A stretch of DNA of 64,000 bases. It comes from an uncultured Clostridia bacterium. GTDB taxonomy: Bacteria; Bacillota; Clostridia; Oscillospirales; Acutalibacteraceae. Position numbers and translations under genes: made by a program. Where the stretch lies: the NCBI GenBank assembly GCA_944384835.1, contig CALWUU010000043.1, forward strand, positions 50,004-114,003, read 5' to 3'. The stretch's first letter is position 1, and each line of letters begins with the position of its first letter. The notes below the pieces were generated by a model, which saw nothing but the letters and a program-made list of their open reading frames with translations, did not search any database and was not told the DNA's origin. Shown piece by piece: positions 1 through 11,073 of this stretch.

Positions 1-441
1 GTCCAATACTTTTTTCAGCTCAGGATATTTTTTAGCTGCTTTTTTATTGGCGCCGGCAACCAGAGGCAATACCAAGTACGCTTTTAATTTCCCGCTAAAA
101 CCTGAATCTTCAATATCATCACGAATTTTTTGGTAGGTCATCATTACAGTAAGCGCTGAAGCAAATTCAAAATTTGTTTGACCGCTGGTACAGTAATTGC
201 ATTTTTTTAAAGGATTAAACACACATTTTCCGGACTGAAACGGCGTGCATTCCTCTTCAAGCCCTAACATCATAAGTACCAAAAAGGTACTGTCATAGCT
301 TAATGCAAAACGGGATGCAATTCCGTATTCTTTTCCCATGCGTTTACACAGCGAACAGTAAATGCCTTTATACTGGTCATATTCACGTACTTTTAATTCC
401 GGTATTTTCGGTCTGATATAACCAAACAAGTACAAAACCAT
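1..441 (-). CDS. Conserved Firmicutes hypothetical protein, DUF5685-like; N-terminal part only, 3' end cut by the window edge
   Basis: Hand translation of the minus strand from ATG at 441-439 gives MVLYLFGYIRPKIPELKVREYDQYKGIYCSLCKRMGKEYGIASRFALSYDSTFL... and stays open to position 1. The N-terminal FGYIxP..ELKxxEY..YK..YCxLC pattern recalls DUF5685. The family assignment is from memory. Confidence 0.6.
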   Translation of the reverse strand, partial: MVLYLFGYIRPKIPELKVREYDQYKGIYCSLCKRMGKEYGIASRFALSYDSTFLVLMMLGLEEECTPFQSGKCVFNPLKKCNYCTSGQTNFEFASALTVMMTYQKIRDDIEDSGFSGKLKAYLVLPLVAGANKKAAKKYPELKKVLD

Positions 442-642
442 CCTTATTTTATAATATACAATTTATTCTACTATATTCTTGTAACTCATTTAATTAACAA
501 TATGTAAATTTTCTTGCAGAAAGCGTGCTTTTCATAGATAAAACCTCTTTTTTCATATAGAATACATATAGTGCAGCCCCAAATATGATGTTTGCTCAAC
601 GATATTAAAATAAATAAAAAGCTAACATGGAGATGATATACA

Positions 643-1281
643 ATGGCCGTAATCCAAAGAATTGCGTGCGGACATGTAAATTGCTATTTGGTAACTGAAA
701 AAGGGAATTCTATTTTAATTGATACTGCGCAAAGCAAATATAGAGAAAAATTATATCAAATTTGCAAAGAAAAACAGGTACGCCTAATTGTGCTGACACA
801 TGGCCATATCGACCATATTGAGAATGCCGCATATTTGTCCAATTGTCTTCAAGTGCCAATTGCAATGCATTCTGAGGATACGGAGCTGATTGAAACGCCT
901 CGTGTACAAACGCTTCATTCAAATGGAATGATGTGAAATATATTGCTAAGGATGTCCAACCGCAATCAAAATATTCCTGTTCCTCCATTTACACCTACCG
1001 TTTTACTGTCTGACAATGATCATTTAACAGAATTCGGCATTAATGCAGCCATCATTCATTTACCGGGTCATACAAACGGTTCCATAGGAATTGATATTGA
1101 CAGTACCTATTTCATAGCCGGCGATGCTTTAATGAATTTTGTATATCCATGCCCTTCTTTGCTTTATACGGATAAACAAGCATTACGTCAAATCTGCCAT
1201 AAAATATATTCTCTGTAAAACAGAACTATTTATTTTGGGCATGGCAGACCGGCAAAAAACAGAAAATGGACTATAAAATAA
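643..1281 (+). pseudogene. MBL-fold metallo-hydrolase interrupted by two in-frame stop codons (TGA 937-939, TAA 1216-1218)
   Basis: ORFs 643-936 and 943-1218 and the following 1219-1281 segment are all in the same frame. Segment 1 has THGHIDH, segment 2 has HLPGHTNGS and GD, and segment 3 has YFGHGRP, the last MBL histidine motif. Together they make one complete MBL domain. Confidence 0.75.
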
Positions 1282-1318
1282 AAGGAAAGTTTGCTTCAAA
1301 ACTTTCCTTTTATTTTTA
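1281..1318. terminator. Bidirectional hairpin terminator between the MBL pseudogene and uvrA
   Basis: aaaggaaagtt (1281-1291) pairs with aactttccttt (1300-1310). The hairpin is flanked by an A-run and a T-run. Confidence 0.65.
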
Positions 1319-4135
1319 TAATTGTAAATATTTCTTTAAATACTGTCCTGTGTAAGAGGCATCCACTGTTGTTATTTTTTCAGGCGTCCCTTGCGCTACA
1401 ATGGTACCTCCGTTATTACCGCCTTCAGGACCAATGTCTATAATATGGTCTGCTGTTTTAATCAGGTCCAAGTTGTGCTCAATGACAACGACCGTATTCC
1501 CTGAATCCACCAATTTTTGAAGAACATTAATTAACATATGCACATCAGCAATATGCAGTCCCGTCGTTGGCTCGTCTAAAATATAAATAGTACGACCCGT
1601 GGAACGTTTAGACAATTCCGTAGCTAATTTCACACGCTGTGCTTCACCGCCGGAAAGTGTTGTGGAAGGCTGACCGATTTTAATATACCCCAAACCTACT
1701 TCCTGCAGGGTCTGCAATTTTCGTTGAATTTTCGGGATATTGGAGAAAAATTCCAAGCCTTCTTCTACTGTCATGTCCAATACATCAGAGATGCTTTTCC
1801 CTTTATATTTAATTTCCAATGTTTCACGATTGTACCGTTTTCCTTTACATACATCACAAGGCACGTAAATATCTGGTAAAAAGTGCATTTCAATCTTTAA
1901 GATACCGTCGCCTTGGCAGGCTTCACACCGTCCTCCTTTGACGTTAAATGAGAATCTGCCAGCATTAAAGCCACGTATTTTGGCATCTTGTGTGGAAGCG
2001 TACAGTTCACGAATGTCCGTGAATAATCCTGTATATGTTGCAGGATTGGAACGCGGTGTTCTGCCGATTGGAGATTGGTTGATTTGAATAACCTTATCAA
2101 GCTCTTCTACGCCTTTGATCTCTCTAAATTTGCCCGGCTTTGTTTTTGCGCCGTTCAAATGGGAAGCCAAATATTTATATAAAATTTCATTGATCAAAGA
2201 CGATTTTCCCGAACCTGATACACCTGTAACGCATACCAATTCTCCCAAAGGAATATCCACATTGATATTCTTTAAATTGTTTTGAGCCGCACCAATGATT
2301 TTCAGTTTTTTTCCATTGCCCTTGCGGCGCTTTTCAGGCACTTCCACTTTCTTGCGCCCGCTTAAATACTGACCTGTGATGGAATCCTTGGATTTTAATA
2401 TATCCGCTGCTTTTCCGTTAAATACAACGTTTCCGCCGTGTACGCCTGCGCCGGGACCAATGTCTATAATATGATCTGCCGCCAGCATAGTATCTTCATC
2501 ATGCTCCACTACAATGACGGTATTTCCCAAATCGCGCAAATGGCATAACGTGCCCAGCAGTTTATCATTGTCCCTTTGATGCAATCCAATGCTTGGCTCG
2601 TCCAAAATGTACAACACGCCCATAAGAGAAGACCCGATTTGCGTAGCCAGACGAATCCGCTGACTTTCGCCGCCGGAGAGCGTTCCAGAGGAACGTGACA
2701 GCGTCAAATATTCCAAACCAACGCTTTTCAAAAATCCAAGCCGCTCCTTAATTTCTTTTAAAATAGATGCGGCAATGAACATTTCACGGTCTGTTAATTG
2801 CAAATCGTTGACAAAATCCAATGCTTCTGTAATAGATTTATCACAAAACTCGCTGATGTTAATACCGCCGACAGTCACAGACAGACTTTCGGGGGACAAG
2901 CGTCTGCCATGACATTGATCGCATGGAATAGCGCTCATATAAGATTCAATTTCTTCTTTAATCCAATTGCTCTGCGTTTCTCTGAAACGGCGTTCTAAAT
3001 TGTTGATGATACCTTCAAATTCTGTCTTATATTTTCCCGTACCGTATTCATTGGTGCGTTCAATTTCAATTTTTTCTCCTTTGGTACCGTACAATAAAAT
3101 ATCTACAATTTCGTCAGAAAGATCTTCAATCGGCGTATCCAAAGAAAACTGATACTGTTTTGCCAGCGCTTTCATATACATAGCGGCAATGGTACTGCCT
3201 TCCATCGCCCAGCCGCTGGCTTTTAAGCCTCCCTGATTGATAGAAAGCCTGCGGTCAGGCAAAATCAAATCAGGGTCTATTTTCATAAACACACCAAGAC
3301 CCGTACATTTTGCGCAGGCGCCGAACGGATTGTTAAACGAAAACATACGCGGGGTTAATTCTTCTATGCTACCGCCATGTTCCGGACAAGCATAGTTTTG
3401 AGAAAACAACATATCTTCTCCGTCAATCACGTTAATCATAATTAATCCGCCTGACAGTCCAGATGCAATTTCAACGGAATCTGCAAGACGTGATTTCATA
3501 TCTTCCTGAATCACAAGGCGGTCTACCACAATTTCAATAGTATGTTTTTTATTTTTCTCCAGTTTAATTTCTTCGGATAAATCATAAATAATGCCATCCA
3601 CCCGTACGCGCACATAGCCGGCTTTTCTTGCCACTTCAAATTCTTTTACGTGTTCGCCTTTTCTTCCCCGCACCACCGGAGCCAGTATTTGTATTTTTGT
3701 GCGTTCTTCCAGTTCCATCACATGGTCTACAATCTGGTCAATGGTCTGCTGTTTGATTTCTCTGCCGCAAACAGGGCAATGAGGAATACCGATTCTGGCA
3801 TACAGCAAACGCAAATAGTCATAAATCTCCGTTACCGTACCTACTGTGGAACGTGGATTTTTAGATGTGGTTTTTTGGTCAATGGAAATAGCGGGAGACA
3901 AACCGTCAATATAATCCACGTCTGGCTTTTCCATTTGTCCTAAAAACTGACGTGCGTAAGAAGACAAGGACTCTACATACCGTCTCTGTCCTTCGGCATA
4001 AATGGTATCAAATGCCAAAGAAGATTTTCCCGAACCTGACAAACCTGTAATAACAACCAGTTGATCTCTCGGAATTTCAATATCAATATTTTTCAGGTTG
4101 TGCTCCCTGGCACCTTTGACCTGAATGCTTTTCAT
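1316..4135 (-). CDS. uvrA: Excinuclease ABC subunit A
   Basis: ORF 1316-4216. Start placed at ATG 4135 ([27 protein letters not shown]) downstream of GGAGG. Two Walker A motifs ([18 protein letters not shown]), two LSGGE signatures and Cys-rich zinc modules are present. Confidence 0.97.
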   Translation of the reverse strand: MKSIQVKGAREHNLKNIDIEIPRDQLVVITGLSGSGKSSLAFDTIYAEGQRRYVESLSSYARQFLGQMEKPDVDYIDGLSPAISIDQKTTSKNPRSTVGTVTEIYDYLRLLYARIGIPHCPVCGREIKQQTIDQIVDHVMELEERTKIQILAPVVRGRKGEHVKEFEVARKAGYVRVRVDGIIYDLSEEIKLEKNKKHTIEIVVDRLVIQEDMKSRLADSVEIASGLSGGLIMINVIDGEDMLFSQNYACPEHGGSIEELTPRMFSFNNPFGACAKCTGLGVFMKIDPDLILPDRRLSINQGGLKASGWAMEGSTIAAMYMKALAKQYQFSLDTPIEDLSDEIVDILLYGTKGEKIEIERTNEYGTGKYKTEFEGIINNLERRFRETQSNWIKEEIESYMSAIPCDQCHGRRLSPESLSVTVGGINISEFCDKSITEALDFVNDLQLTDREMFIAASILKEIKERLGFLKSVGLEYLTLSRSSGTLSGGESQRIRLATQIGSSLMGVLYILDEPSIGLHQRDNDKLLGTLCHLRDLGNTVIVVEHDEDTMLAADHIIDIGPGAGVHGGNVVFNGKAADILKSKDSITGQYLSGRKKVEVPEKRRKGNGKKLKIIGAAQNNLKNINVDIPLGELVCVTGVSGSGKSSLINEILYKYLASHLNGAKTKPGKFREIKGVEELDKVIQINQSPIGRTPRSNPATYTGLFTDIRELYASTQDAKIRGFNAGRFSFNVKGGRCEACQGDGILKIEMHFLPDIYVPCDVCKGKRYNRETLEIKYKGKSISDVLDMTVEEGLEFFSNIPKIQRKLQTLQEVGLGYIKIGQPSTTLSGGEAQRVKLATELSKRSTGRTIYILDEPTTGLHIADVHMLINVLQKLVDSGNTVVVIEHNLDLIKTADHIIDIGPEGGNNGGTIVAQGTPEKITTVDASYTGQYLKKYLQL

Positions 4136-4154
4136 AGACACAACTTTGCCTCCT

Positions 4155-6116
4155 TTATTTTTGACCTTCCAACTGTTTAATCTTATCCCGCAGGAATGCC
4201 GCATGCTCGAACTCAAGCAGTTTGGCAGCAGCTTTCATTTCTTTTGTCAGTTGTTCTATCATCAGCTTGCGCTCTGCAGCGGTAAGTTTTTTCTTTTTCT
4301 TTTCTTTTCCTTCCTCTTTGTGAGTGGAAATCTCTAAAATTTCAGCCACTTTCTTTGTTACTGTCTTTGGAATAATGCCGTGTTCTTCGTTATATTTGAT
4401 TTGCAGTTCACGGCGGCGCTCTGTTTCACGAATGGCGTTTTCCATAGACGGAGTAACACAATCAGCATACATAATCACTTTACCTTCCGAGTTGCGTGCC
4501 GCACGTCCAATGGTTTGAATCAAAGAACGCTCAGAACGAAGGAATCCTTCTTTATCGGCGTCCAATATAGCAACAAGCGACACTTCAGGAATATCCAATC
4601 CTTCTCTAAGCAGATTAATTCCGATTAAAACATCAAATTCTCCCAAACGCAAATCGCGGATAATTTCCATACGTTCTACGGTATCAATATCATGATGCAT
4701 ATAACGTACCCGTATGCCTACATTTTCAAGATAGCCGGTTAAATCTTCCGCCATTTTCTTTGTCAGCGTCGTTACCAATACGCGATTGCCCGTAGCAGTA
4801 CGCATATTGATTTCAGAAATCAAATCATCAATTTGTCCATCAGTGGGGCGGACAAATATTTCAGGATCAACCAAACCTGTCGGACGTATCACTTGTTCTA
4901 CCACTTGAGCGGAATGTTCCAATTCAAAATCGCCCGGCGTTGCGCTGACAAATACCGCTTGATTGATTCTATTGTAAAATTCATCAAAATTCAAAGGACG
5001 GTTATCAAACGCAGAAGGCAAACGAAATCCGTAGTCAATCAAATTGCTCTTTCTTGCTCTGTCACCTGCGTACATGGAACGCAGCTGAGGAAGCATTACA
5101 TGGGACTCGTCCACAAACATCAAATAATCGTCCGGAAAATAATCCAGCAGCGTGTAAGGCGCACTGCCCGGTTTTCTGCCTGCCAATACGCGGGAGTAAT
5201 TTTCAATGCCCTTACAAAAACCAATCTCCTGGAGCATTTCCATATCATAATTGGTACGCTGCTCTATGCGCTGGGCTTCCACCAATTTATCATGTTCTTT
5301 AAAATACTTTACACGTTCTGCCAATTCATCTTCCAGCTCATGAATTGCTTTATTCAGTTTTTCCCTGGGCACAATGTAATGAGACGCAGGATAAATAGCG
5401 GCATGCTTCAAATCTGCCTTTAATTCTCCCGTAAGCGGATTGATTTCGCTGATACGGTCAATTTCATCGCCAAAAAACTCCACGCGAATGACAGCGTCAG
5501 ATGACTGTGCAGGAAAGATTTCCACAACATCACCGCGCACACGAAACTTGTTGCGAATAAAATTCACATCGTTGCGCTCATATTGCAACTCCACCAATTT
5601 GCGAAGCAAATCGTCACGTTTTTTCTGCATACCGGGTCTTAATGAAATCACCATGGTACGGTAATCAATCGGGTTACCTAAACTGTAAATACAAGATACG
5701 CTGGCTACAATGATAACATCCCGTCTTTCTGATAAAGCCAGCGTTGCGGAGTGCCTTAATTTATCGATTTCATCATTAATAGCAGAATCTTTTTCAATAT
5801 AGGTATCCGTTTGCGCAATATACGCTTCCGGCTGATAGTAATCATAATAGGAGACAAAATATTCAACTGCATTATTGGGGAAAAATTCGCGAAACTCAGA
5901 GCATAATTGAGCCGCTAACGTTTTATTATGGGCTAAAACTAAGGTTGGACGGTTTAATTTTGCTATGATATTTGCCATAGTGAATGTTTTACCGGAACCG
6001 GTAACACCAAGCAAGGTTTGCTCTCTGTCCCCTGCCTGAATACCTTGTACCAATTTGTCAATTGCCTTTGGCTGGTCGCCTGTTGGAACATAATTTGATA
6101 CCAATTGAAAATCCAT
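4155..6116 (-). CDS. uvrB: Excinuclease ABC subunit B
   Basis: ORF 4155-6152. Start placed at ATG 6116 ([19 protein letters not shown]). Contains GVTGSGKT, helicase motifs and a C-terminal UVR domain ([17 protein letters not shown]). Confidence 0.97.
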   Translation of the reverse strand: MDFQLVSNYVPTGDQPKAIDKLVQGIQAGDREQTLLGVTGSGKTFTMANIIAKLNRPTLVLAHNKTLAAQLCSEFREFFPNNAVEYFVSYYDYYQPEAYIAQTDTYIEKDSAINDEIDKLRHSATLALSERRDVIIVASVSCIYSLGNPIDYRTMVISLRPGMQKKRDDLLRKLVELQYERNDVNFIRNKFRVRGDVVEIFPAQSSDAVIRVEFFGDEIDRISEINPLTGELKADLKHAAIYPASHYIVPREKLNKAIHELEDELAERVKYFKEHDKLVEAQRIEQRTNYDMEMLQEIGFCKGIENYSRVLAGRKPGSAPYTLLDYFPDDYLMFVDESHVMLPQLRSMYAGDRARKSNLIDYGFRLPSAFDNRPLNFDEFYNRINQAVFVSATPGDFELEHSAQVVEQVIRPTGLVDPEIFVRPTDGQIDDLISEINMRTATGNRVLVTTLTKKMAEDLTGYLENVGIRVRYMHHDIDTVERMEIIRDLRLGEFDVLIGINLLREGLDIPEVSLVAILDADKEGFLRSERSLIQTIGRAARNSEGKVIMYADCVTPSMENAIRETERRRELQIKYNEEHGIIPKTVTKKVAEILEISTHKEEGKEKKKKKLTAAERKLMIEQLTKEMKAAAKLLEFEHAAFLRDKIKQLEGQK

Positions 6117-6214
6117 AGAACCCCTCCGGTATGATACAGAATTCAGTCGCAATCACACAATGCTACCATTGTTCAGAATATCTTTTATTCCGCACAAGTA
6201 TGAAAACAACATAC

Positions 6215-6258
6215 AGAACATTTGTTCTTATCATATACCTGTGATATCTCAATGTCAA
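6215..6258 (-). promoter_or_regulatory. uvrBA promoter with a LexA (Cheo) box
   Basis: The minus strand reads TTGACA (6258-6253), a 17-nt spacer, TATGAT (6235-6230), then AGAACATTTGTTCT (6228-6215). This matches the Firmicutes GAAC-N4-GTTC SOS box. Confidence 0.7.
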
Positions 6259-6346
6259 GTGACATTATATCATAAATCAACAAGTGCCACAATGGAAGCT
6301 ATCTCCTGAAACGATTTCATAAATTTACCGAAATCATAAGGCTGAT

Positions 6347-6379
6347 AAAGGAAAAACACAGTATCATCGCGATACTGTG
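6347..6379 (-). terminator. Rho-independent terminator after radC
   Basis: cacagtatc and gatactgtg form a 9-bp stem with loop atcgc, followed on the minus strand by TTTTTCCTTT. Confidence 0.65.
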
Positions 6380-6386
6380 AACTATA

Positions 6387-7295
6387 TCATACATCTTGTT
6401 TATTTTTAGTTTGTCTGCGTTTTGATTCATAAAAAGCCAAACGGGTACTCTTCATTTGTCCTTTTCCAAAAGGCGTTTTGATTTTAATGATTTTCGAATT
6501 CAAATGCTCTTGTTCATCTTCTGTTTGAATAAATTGATTTTCCGGCTTTAAGATATGAGCAAGCAACCCGCAGTCTTTCATAGACAAATAATCAGGATAA
6601 CCAAATATGATATGATCCTGAAGATGTACGTCTATGGTTTCCATAGCGGCGTTTAGTTTTCTGGTTGCTATAATATCTCCCGGAGACGGCATAACATTTC
6701 CACTTGGATGATTATGTGCAATAATGGCCTCCGCCGCATTGTAAGTAGCCGCCAATGTAATGATTTTACGTATGTAGAGAGGTACTGTATTTACGTTACC
6801 TTCTGTTACAATTCCACAATATAATACACGATTTTTACTGTCCATTAGCACCAAAACTACCATTTCGTTTTTCCTGCCAATAAATTGGGGTGAAATAATA
6901 CTCATTGCAGAATTGGTATCATAAATACGCTCTTTATCAGAAGTTTGCGTATTGATGTAGTGACGGCTTAATTGCGGAATTAACTTTAATAAGATAGCAA
7001 CATTTTGAGTGATACCTTTTGTTTTAGTCAATTCTTCAATAGGCGCGTCGCACACACCGGATATTGTGCCAAAGCGGTCTAATAATTCATGGGCAATCGG
7101 ATTGGTATCTGCCCTTGGCAAACCGTAAAATAATAACAGCTCTAAAATTTGATGTTCTTCAAAGACGTCCAAATTGTGTTTCAAAAATCTTTGTTTTACA
7201 CGTTCTCTATGACCTTGGTGAACAGAACGTTCTTTTGTTTTTGTCTTTTTATGTTTCGGTTGACTACTTGCTGTTTCTTCATGTATTTCTGACAA
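6387..7295 (-). CDS. radC: RadC-family JAB-domain protein
   Basis: ORF 6387-7331. Contains the HNHPSG..PS..D JAMM motif and an N-terminal HhH-like region (ELLDRFGTISGV). A TTG at 7295 lies 5 nt after GGAGAGG, and ATG 7331 is the alternative start. The C-terminal tail is about 55 aa longer than a typical RadC. Confidence 0.85.
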   Translation of the reverse strand: MSEIHEETASSQPKHKKTKTKERSVHQGHRERVKQRFLKHNLDVFEEHQILELLLFYGLPRADTNPIAHELLDRFGTISGVCDAPIEELTKTKGITQNVAILLKLIPQLSRHYINTQTSDKERIYDTNSAMSIISPQFIGRKNEMVVLVLMDSKNRVLYCGIVTEGNVNTVPLYIRKIITLAATYNAAEAIIAHNHPSGNVMPSPGDIIATRKLNAAMETIDVHLQDHIIFGYPDYLSMKDCGLLAHILKPENQFIQTEDEQEHLNSKIIKIKTPFGKGQMKSTRLAFYESKRRQTKNKQDV

Positions 7296-7452
7296 AATAA
7301 CCTCTCCTTTCCTTATAAATTGATAACACATAAAAGCGTTTATTAAAACATTATATCACGAGTAGATAAAATATCTACAAAAAAGTTGGTTTTATTCGCG
7401 ATTGACTTGCAACACACATACAAACACGTTATACTTTTCAGCAGGTGATTAC

Positions 7453-8412
7453 ATGAAAACGATTACAATAGGTATAAATGATGCAGGACAACGTCTGGAT
7501 AAATTCTTAATAAAAACTTTCCCAAATTTACCAAAATCTATGCTATATAAAAGCATACGCAAAAAAGATATCAAATGCAATGGGAAACGATGTGAAAATT
7601 CCACACATTTACAAGTCAACGATGTTTTAACGCTATATCTAAAAGATGAATTCTTCCAAAAAGAAGAAAAAGAGTATGATTTTTTAAAGGCGCCTGTAAA
7701 ATTAAACATCGTATATGAAGATAAAAATATTATGCTGCTTGATAAAAAACCGGGTCTTATCGTCCATCCTGATGAAAATTATCATTTTGATTCTTTAATT
7801 GCCCGTATTCAACATTATCTATATGACAAAGGAGAATACCAACCAACACAGGAAGCTTCCTTTGCTCCCGCTTTAATTAACCGCATAGACCGTAACACCG
7901 GCGGCATTGTAATGGCGGCAAAAAACGCTGAAACGCTGCGCATTATGAATGAGAAAGTAAAAAAACGTGAAATAGATAAATACTATTTATGTGTTGTTCA
8001 CGGCAAAATGGCTAAGAAAGAGGACACGCTGGAAGGCTATTTAGAAAAAAATGAAAGTCAAAACCGCGTTTATGTTTCTCAAAAAGCTACAAACCGTACC
8101 AAAAGCATTTATACCCATTACCGTGTGCTGGAAGAAAAATCTGCTTACAGTTTATTGGAAATTGAGTTATTAACGGGCAGAACACATCAAATACGCGCTC
8201 ATATGGCCTCTATCGGTCATCCTTTGGCAGGTGACGGAAAATACGGAACCAATGCGCTGAATAAAACAAATCCGTTCCGTTACCAAGCGCTGTATTCTTA
8301 TAAGCTCCGTTTTTCTTTTCAAACTCCCGCAGGTATCTTAGACTATTTAAATCAAAAAGAATTTACTGTAAACGATATTTGGTTTTTAAAAGAATTTCAA
8401 AAATTTCAATAA
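7453..8412 (+). CDS. RluA-family 23S rRNA pseudouridine synthase (RluC/RluD-like)
   Basis: ORF 7402-8412. Start placed at ATG 7453 after AGGTGA. Has an N-terminal S4-like domain and the motifs NRIDRNTGG and GRTHQIRAH. Confidence 0.9.
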   Translation: MKTITIGINDAGQRLDKFLIKTFPNLPKSMLYKSIRKKDIKCNGKRCENSTHLQVNDVLTLYLKDEFFQKEEKEYDFLKAPVKLNIVYEDKNIMLLDKKPGLIVHPDENYHFDSLIARIQHYLYDKGEYQPTQEASFAPALINRIDRNTGGIVMAAKNAETLRIMNEKVKKREIDKYYLCVVHGKMAKKEDTLEGYLEKNESQNRVYVSQKATNRTKSIYTHYRVLEEKSAYSLLEIELLTGRTHQIRAHMASIGHPLAGDGKYGTNALNKTNPFRYQALYSYKLRFSFQTPAGILDYLNQKEFTVNDIWFLKEFQKFQ

Positions 8413-8518
8413 TATTTCATACCTTCCTCCTTTCTTCCAAAGATTTGAACATAAACAGCGCCGTCCATTTACTCAAAACATAACTGCTTCAAAAGAAATC
8501 TTCTATTGCATAATAAAA

Positions 8519-8562
8519 CGAGGACACTTGCACTTTCGTGTCAATGTGTCCTCATTTTGTTT
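8519..8562 (+). terminator. Terminator after the pseudouridine synthase gene
   Basis: gaggacac and gtgtcctc form a stem, followed by ATTTTGTTT. Confidence 0.55.
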
Positions 8563-8608
8563 ATCAACATTTCTAATCTCAGAACAAAGCTGTTTTTTAT
8601 TTCATTTT

Positions 8609-8638
8609 AATCGTATTTATAAGCTTATAAATACGATT
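8609..8638. repeat. Perfect 30-bp palindrome
   Basis: aatcgtatttataagcttataaatacgatt is its own reverse complement and is centred on AAGCTT. Confidence 0.9.
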
Positions 8639-9002
8639 GCTGCATAAAAATATGCGAAATATAATCGCTTTCTTCCTTATTGTGTCTTATCCCATGCTAT
8701 CCTATCACATGTTGTGTCAACAAAGCGGCGGATAGATACACCATTTTATTTTTACTATGAATTTTGTCAGGCGATATCATCACTCAATATTGCGGTTTGC
8801 AATGAATTCTAATGCTGTAACTACATTTATGAACATATTGCTCATCTTTTCCTGTTGTCATAAAACAGCTATATCACAAATAAAAAAAGATTCATTATAA
8901 ATATTGCAGTAAGTCATATTTTTACATAGTTACACTGCATAGTTCTGTCGTTCATAATAAACATGAAACACAAAAACAAAATAAGAATTCATAAAAATAA
9001 AA

Positions 9003-9035
9003 AAGAGAGTAAGCTGTGAAGCTATACTCTCTTTT
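9003..9035 (-). terminator. Terminator at the end of the his operon
   Basis: agagagta and tactctct form a stem flanked by A and T runs, immediately after the hisE stop codon. Confidence 0.6.
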
Positions 9036-9362
9036 TTAAGTGTTTTTATCTACAGAATGGAACTGTTTTAAATTGTTGGATTTCAAACTGCGTTTTTCCA
9101 ATTCTGCGTTGATATCCGCTACCGTTACATTTTGATGTACCATAAGAACGGTTAAATGATATAGCAAATCCGAAATTTCCATTACCAATTCATTGTGGTC
9201 ATTGTTTTTTGCGGCAATAATCACTTCACTGCATTCTTCGCCGCATTTTTTCAAAATTTTATCCAACCCTTTTTCAAATAAGTAATTGGTATAGGAACCT
9301 TCTGCATGGGCATCTTTTCTTGTAATAATGGTATCGTACAAATCTTTCATAGGGTTGCTCAT
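9036..9362 (-). CDS. hisE: Phosphoribosyl-ATP pyrophosphatase
   Basis: 108 aa with a MazG-like fold. Contains YTNYLFEKGLDKILKKCGEE..E..DLLYHL. Confidence 0.9.
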   Translation of the reverse strand: MSNPMKDLYDTIITRKDAHAEGSYTNYLFEKGLDKILKKCGEECSEVIIAAKNNDHNELVMEISDLLYHLTVLMVHQNVTVADINAELEKRSLKSNNLKQFHSVDKNT

Positions 9363-9390
9363 AACTATACCTCTTTTTTATATCAAAATT

Positions 9391-9753
9391 TTATCGCTTC
9401 CAAATCTCATTGAAAAAACAGGTATGAGAACCTGTGTGGCAAGCAGCGCCTGTTTGCTCTACTTCCACCAACAAAGTATCGTTGTCGCAGTCACCATACA
9501 TACGGATTACTTTCTGCAAATGACCGGATGTGGCGCCTTTGTTCCACAGTTCCTGACGAGAACGGCTGTAAAACCATGTGTAACCTGTTTCCAGCGTCTT
9601 TTGTAATGACTCACGGTTCATATATGCCAGCATTAAAACATCTTTGCTTCCCGATTCCTGTACAACAGCAGGAATCAACTCTCCTTTTTGAAAAAAAGAA
9701 TCCAAAAAATCAGACTGAAATACAGCTCCGTTTTGTGCCAAAATTTCACTCAT
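9391..9753 (-). CDS. hisI: Phosphoribosyl-AMP cyclohydrolase
   Basis: 120 aa. Contains LIPAVVQ..., LMLAYMN, WFYSRSR..LW.KG..SGH and CD.D.LL..V. Confidence 0.92.
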   Translation of the reverse strand: MSEILAQNGAVFQSDFLDSFFQKGELIPAVVQESGSKDVLMLAYMNRESLQKTLETGYTWFYSRSRQELWNKGATSGHLQKVIRMYGDCDNDTLLVEVEQTGAACHTGSHTCFFNEIWKR

Positions 9754-10475
9754 ATGGATTCACCCCTTGCCACAGATACTGCTTGGAACAAATTCAAATC
9801 TCCGGTATACAGCGCTTTGCCGCAAATGGCACCATATAAACCCAACGCCTTGAGCTGATAGATATCATCCAAATTGCTGACACCGCCGCTTGCAATAATA
9901 TTACAGGAAACAGCGCGGTTTAATTGATCCAACATTTCCAAATTCGGACCTGTTAACGTACCGTCACGTGAAATATCAGTAAAAATAATTGTCTTTACGC
10001 CTGCTGCTTCCATCTCTTTCGCCAAAGTGATGTAATCCACTTCCGACTGTTCTATCCAACCTTCTGCCGCTACTTTGCCATGCAAAGCATCAATACCCAC
10101 AGCGATTTTATCCCCGTATTTAGCTACCGCTTCCTTTACTAGCTGAGGGTTACGCAGTGCGGCAGAACCTAAAATAACACGGGACACACCTTGCTCCAAA
10201 TAAAACGCAATGGTTTCCATACTGCGGATACCTCCGCCAATTTCCACTTTTAAGTCCGTATGGGCAAGCACGTCAAATACCAAACTGCTGTTGACAGGTT
10301 TTGCGTCCTTTGCTCCATCCAAATCTACCATATGAATCCAGGAAGCGCCTGCATTTTGAAAGGATTTTGCGGTCTCTACGGCATCTTCCGCCACCTTATG
10401 GGCTGTTGCGTAATCTCCTTTTACCAGGCGAACACAAGTACCGTCTTTGATATCAATTGCGGGAAAAATAATCAT
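9750..10475 (-). CDS. hisA: ProFAR isomerase HisA
   Basis: 241 aa. Begins [22 protein letters not shown] and contains DLDGA and GGGIRS. Its stop overlaps the hisI start. Confidence 0.92.
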   Translation of the reverse strand: MIIFPAIDIKDGTCVRLVKGDYATAHKVAEDAVETAKSFQNAGASWIHMVDLDGAKDAKPVNSSLVFDVLAHTDLKVEIGGGIRSMETIAFYLEQGVSRVILGSAALRNPQLVKEAVAKYGDKIAVGIDALHGKVAAEGWIEQSEVDYITLAKEMEAAGVKTIIFTDISRDGTLTGPNLEMLDQLNRAVSCNIIASGGVSNLDDIYQLKALGLYGAICGKALYTGDLNLFQAVSVARGESI

Positions 10476-10496
10476 GCTGTTTCTTTCCTTTCCGTA

Positions 10497-11072
10497 TTAC
10501 AATACCCCTTTGGTGGAAAGCACTTCCCCGCCGGTTTGCCTGCATGCCAAACGCATGGCATGGGCTACTGCTTTATAAATCGCCTCAACACAATGGTGAG
10601 TATTTTTTCCGTATTCCAGTTTTACATGCATGGTAATACCTGCATGGATTGCCAATGCACGAAAAAATTCTTCCGTCATACAGCTGTCATAGCTGCCTAC
10701 CTGTTCCTGTGCAAATTCTGCTTGAAATACCAAAAACGGTCTGCCGCTGATATCCAAAGAACAAAATGCCAGCGCCTCGTCCATCGGAACATAAAAACTG
10801 CCGAAACGGGCAATACCGCCTTTGTTTCCCAACGCTTCACTGAAGGCTTTTCCTAATACAATGCCTGTATCTTCTATGGTATGGTGACAATCTACATGCA
10901 AATCGCCTGTTACCTCCAGCTGTAAACCAAAACCACCATGTACGGCAAATGCGGTTAACATATGGTCAAAAAATCCAATACCTGTATGAACGGATACATC
11001 GCCTCCGTCTACACATAGCGTAAGGCAAATGTCTGTTTCTTTTGTTACACGTTTCTGGGTAGAAGACCTCAT
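10497..11072 (-). CDS. hisB: Imidazoleglycerol-phosphate dehydratase
   Basis: ORF 10497-11186. Start placed at ATG 11072 (MRSSTQKRVTKETDI), 1 nt after the hisC TGA stop. Contains GIGFFDHML and HH.IED. Confidence 0.92.
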   Translation of the reverse strand: MRSSTQKRVTKETDICLTLCVDGGDVSVHTGIGFFDHMLTAFAVHGGFGLQLEVTGDLHVDCHHTIEDTGIVLGKAFSEALGNKGGIARFGSFYVPMDEALAFCSLDISGRPFLVFQAEFAQEQVGSYDSCMTEEFFRALAIHAGITMHVKLEYGKNTHHCVEAIYKAVAHAMRLACRQTGGEVLSTKGVL

Positions 11073-11073
11073 G

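Noticed and set aside
937-939. In-frame TGA read as evidence of an alternative genetic code or of selenocysteine.
   Set aside because: TGA clearly terminates hisC (11074-11076), uppS (24252-24254) and agrD2 in this window. The same gene also carries an in-frame TAA, and no SECIS-like hairpin follows the TGA.
4833-5423. A 196-aa plus-strand ORF, with similar long antisense ORFs at 10260-10856, 16256-16774, 38637-39209, 40668-41117, 45495-45956 and 58306-58794.
   Set aside because: Each lies entirely inside, and antisense to, a well-supported conserved gene (uvrB, hisA/hisB, polC, hemZ, relA, the exonuclease/typA junction, galU). Their translations are low-complexity or Cys/Phe/Ile-rich and carry no recognisable motifs or RBS. 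They are shadow ORFs.
7221-7238. GAACAGAACGTTC, a second sequence resembling a LexA box.
   Set aside because: It lies inside the radC coding region and lacks the 4-nt spacer of the GAAC-N4-GTTC Cheo box.
8418-8441. A strong SD (AAAGGAGG) followed by a 4-codon ORF (ATG AAA TAT TAT TGA) on the minus strand, overlapping the end of the pseudouridine synthase gene.
   Set aside because: The ORF is too short and has no downstream gene on that strand to regulate. It is most likely a chance occurrence in the purine-rich complement of the 3' UTR.
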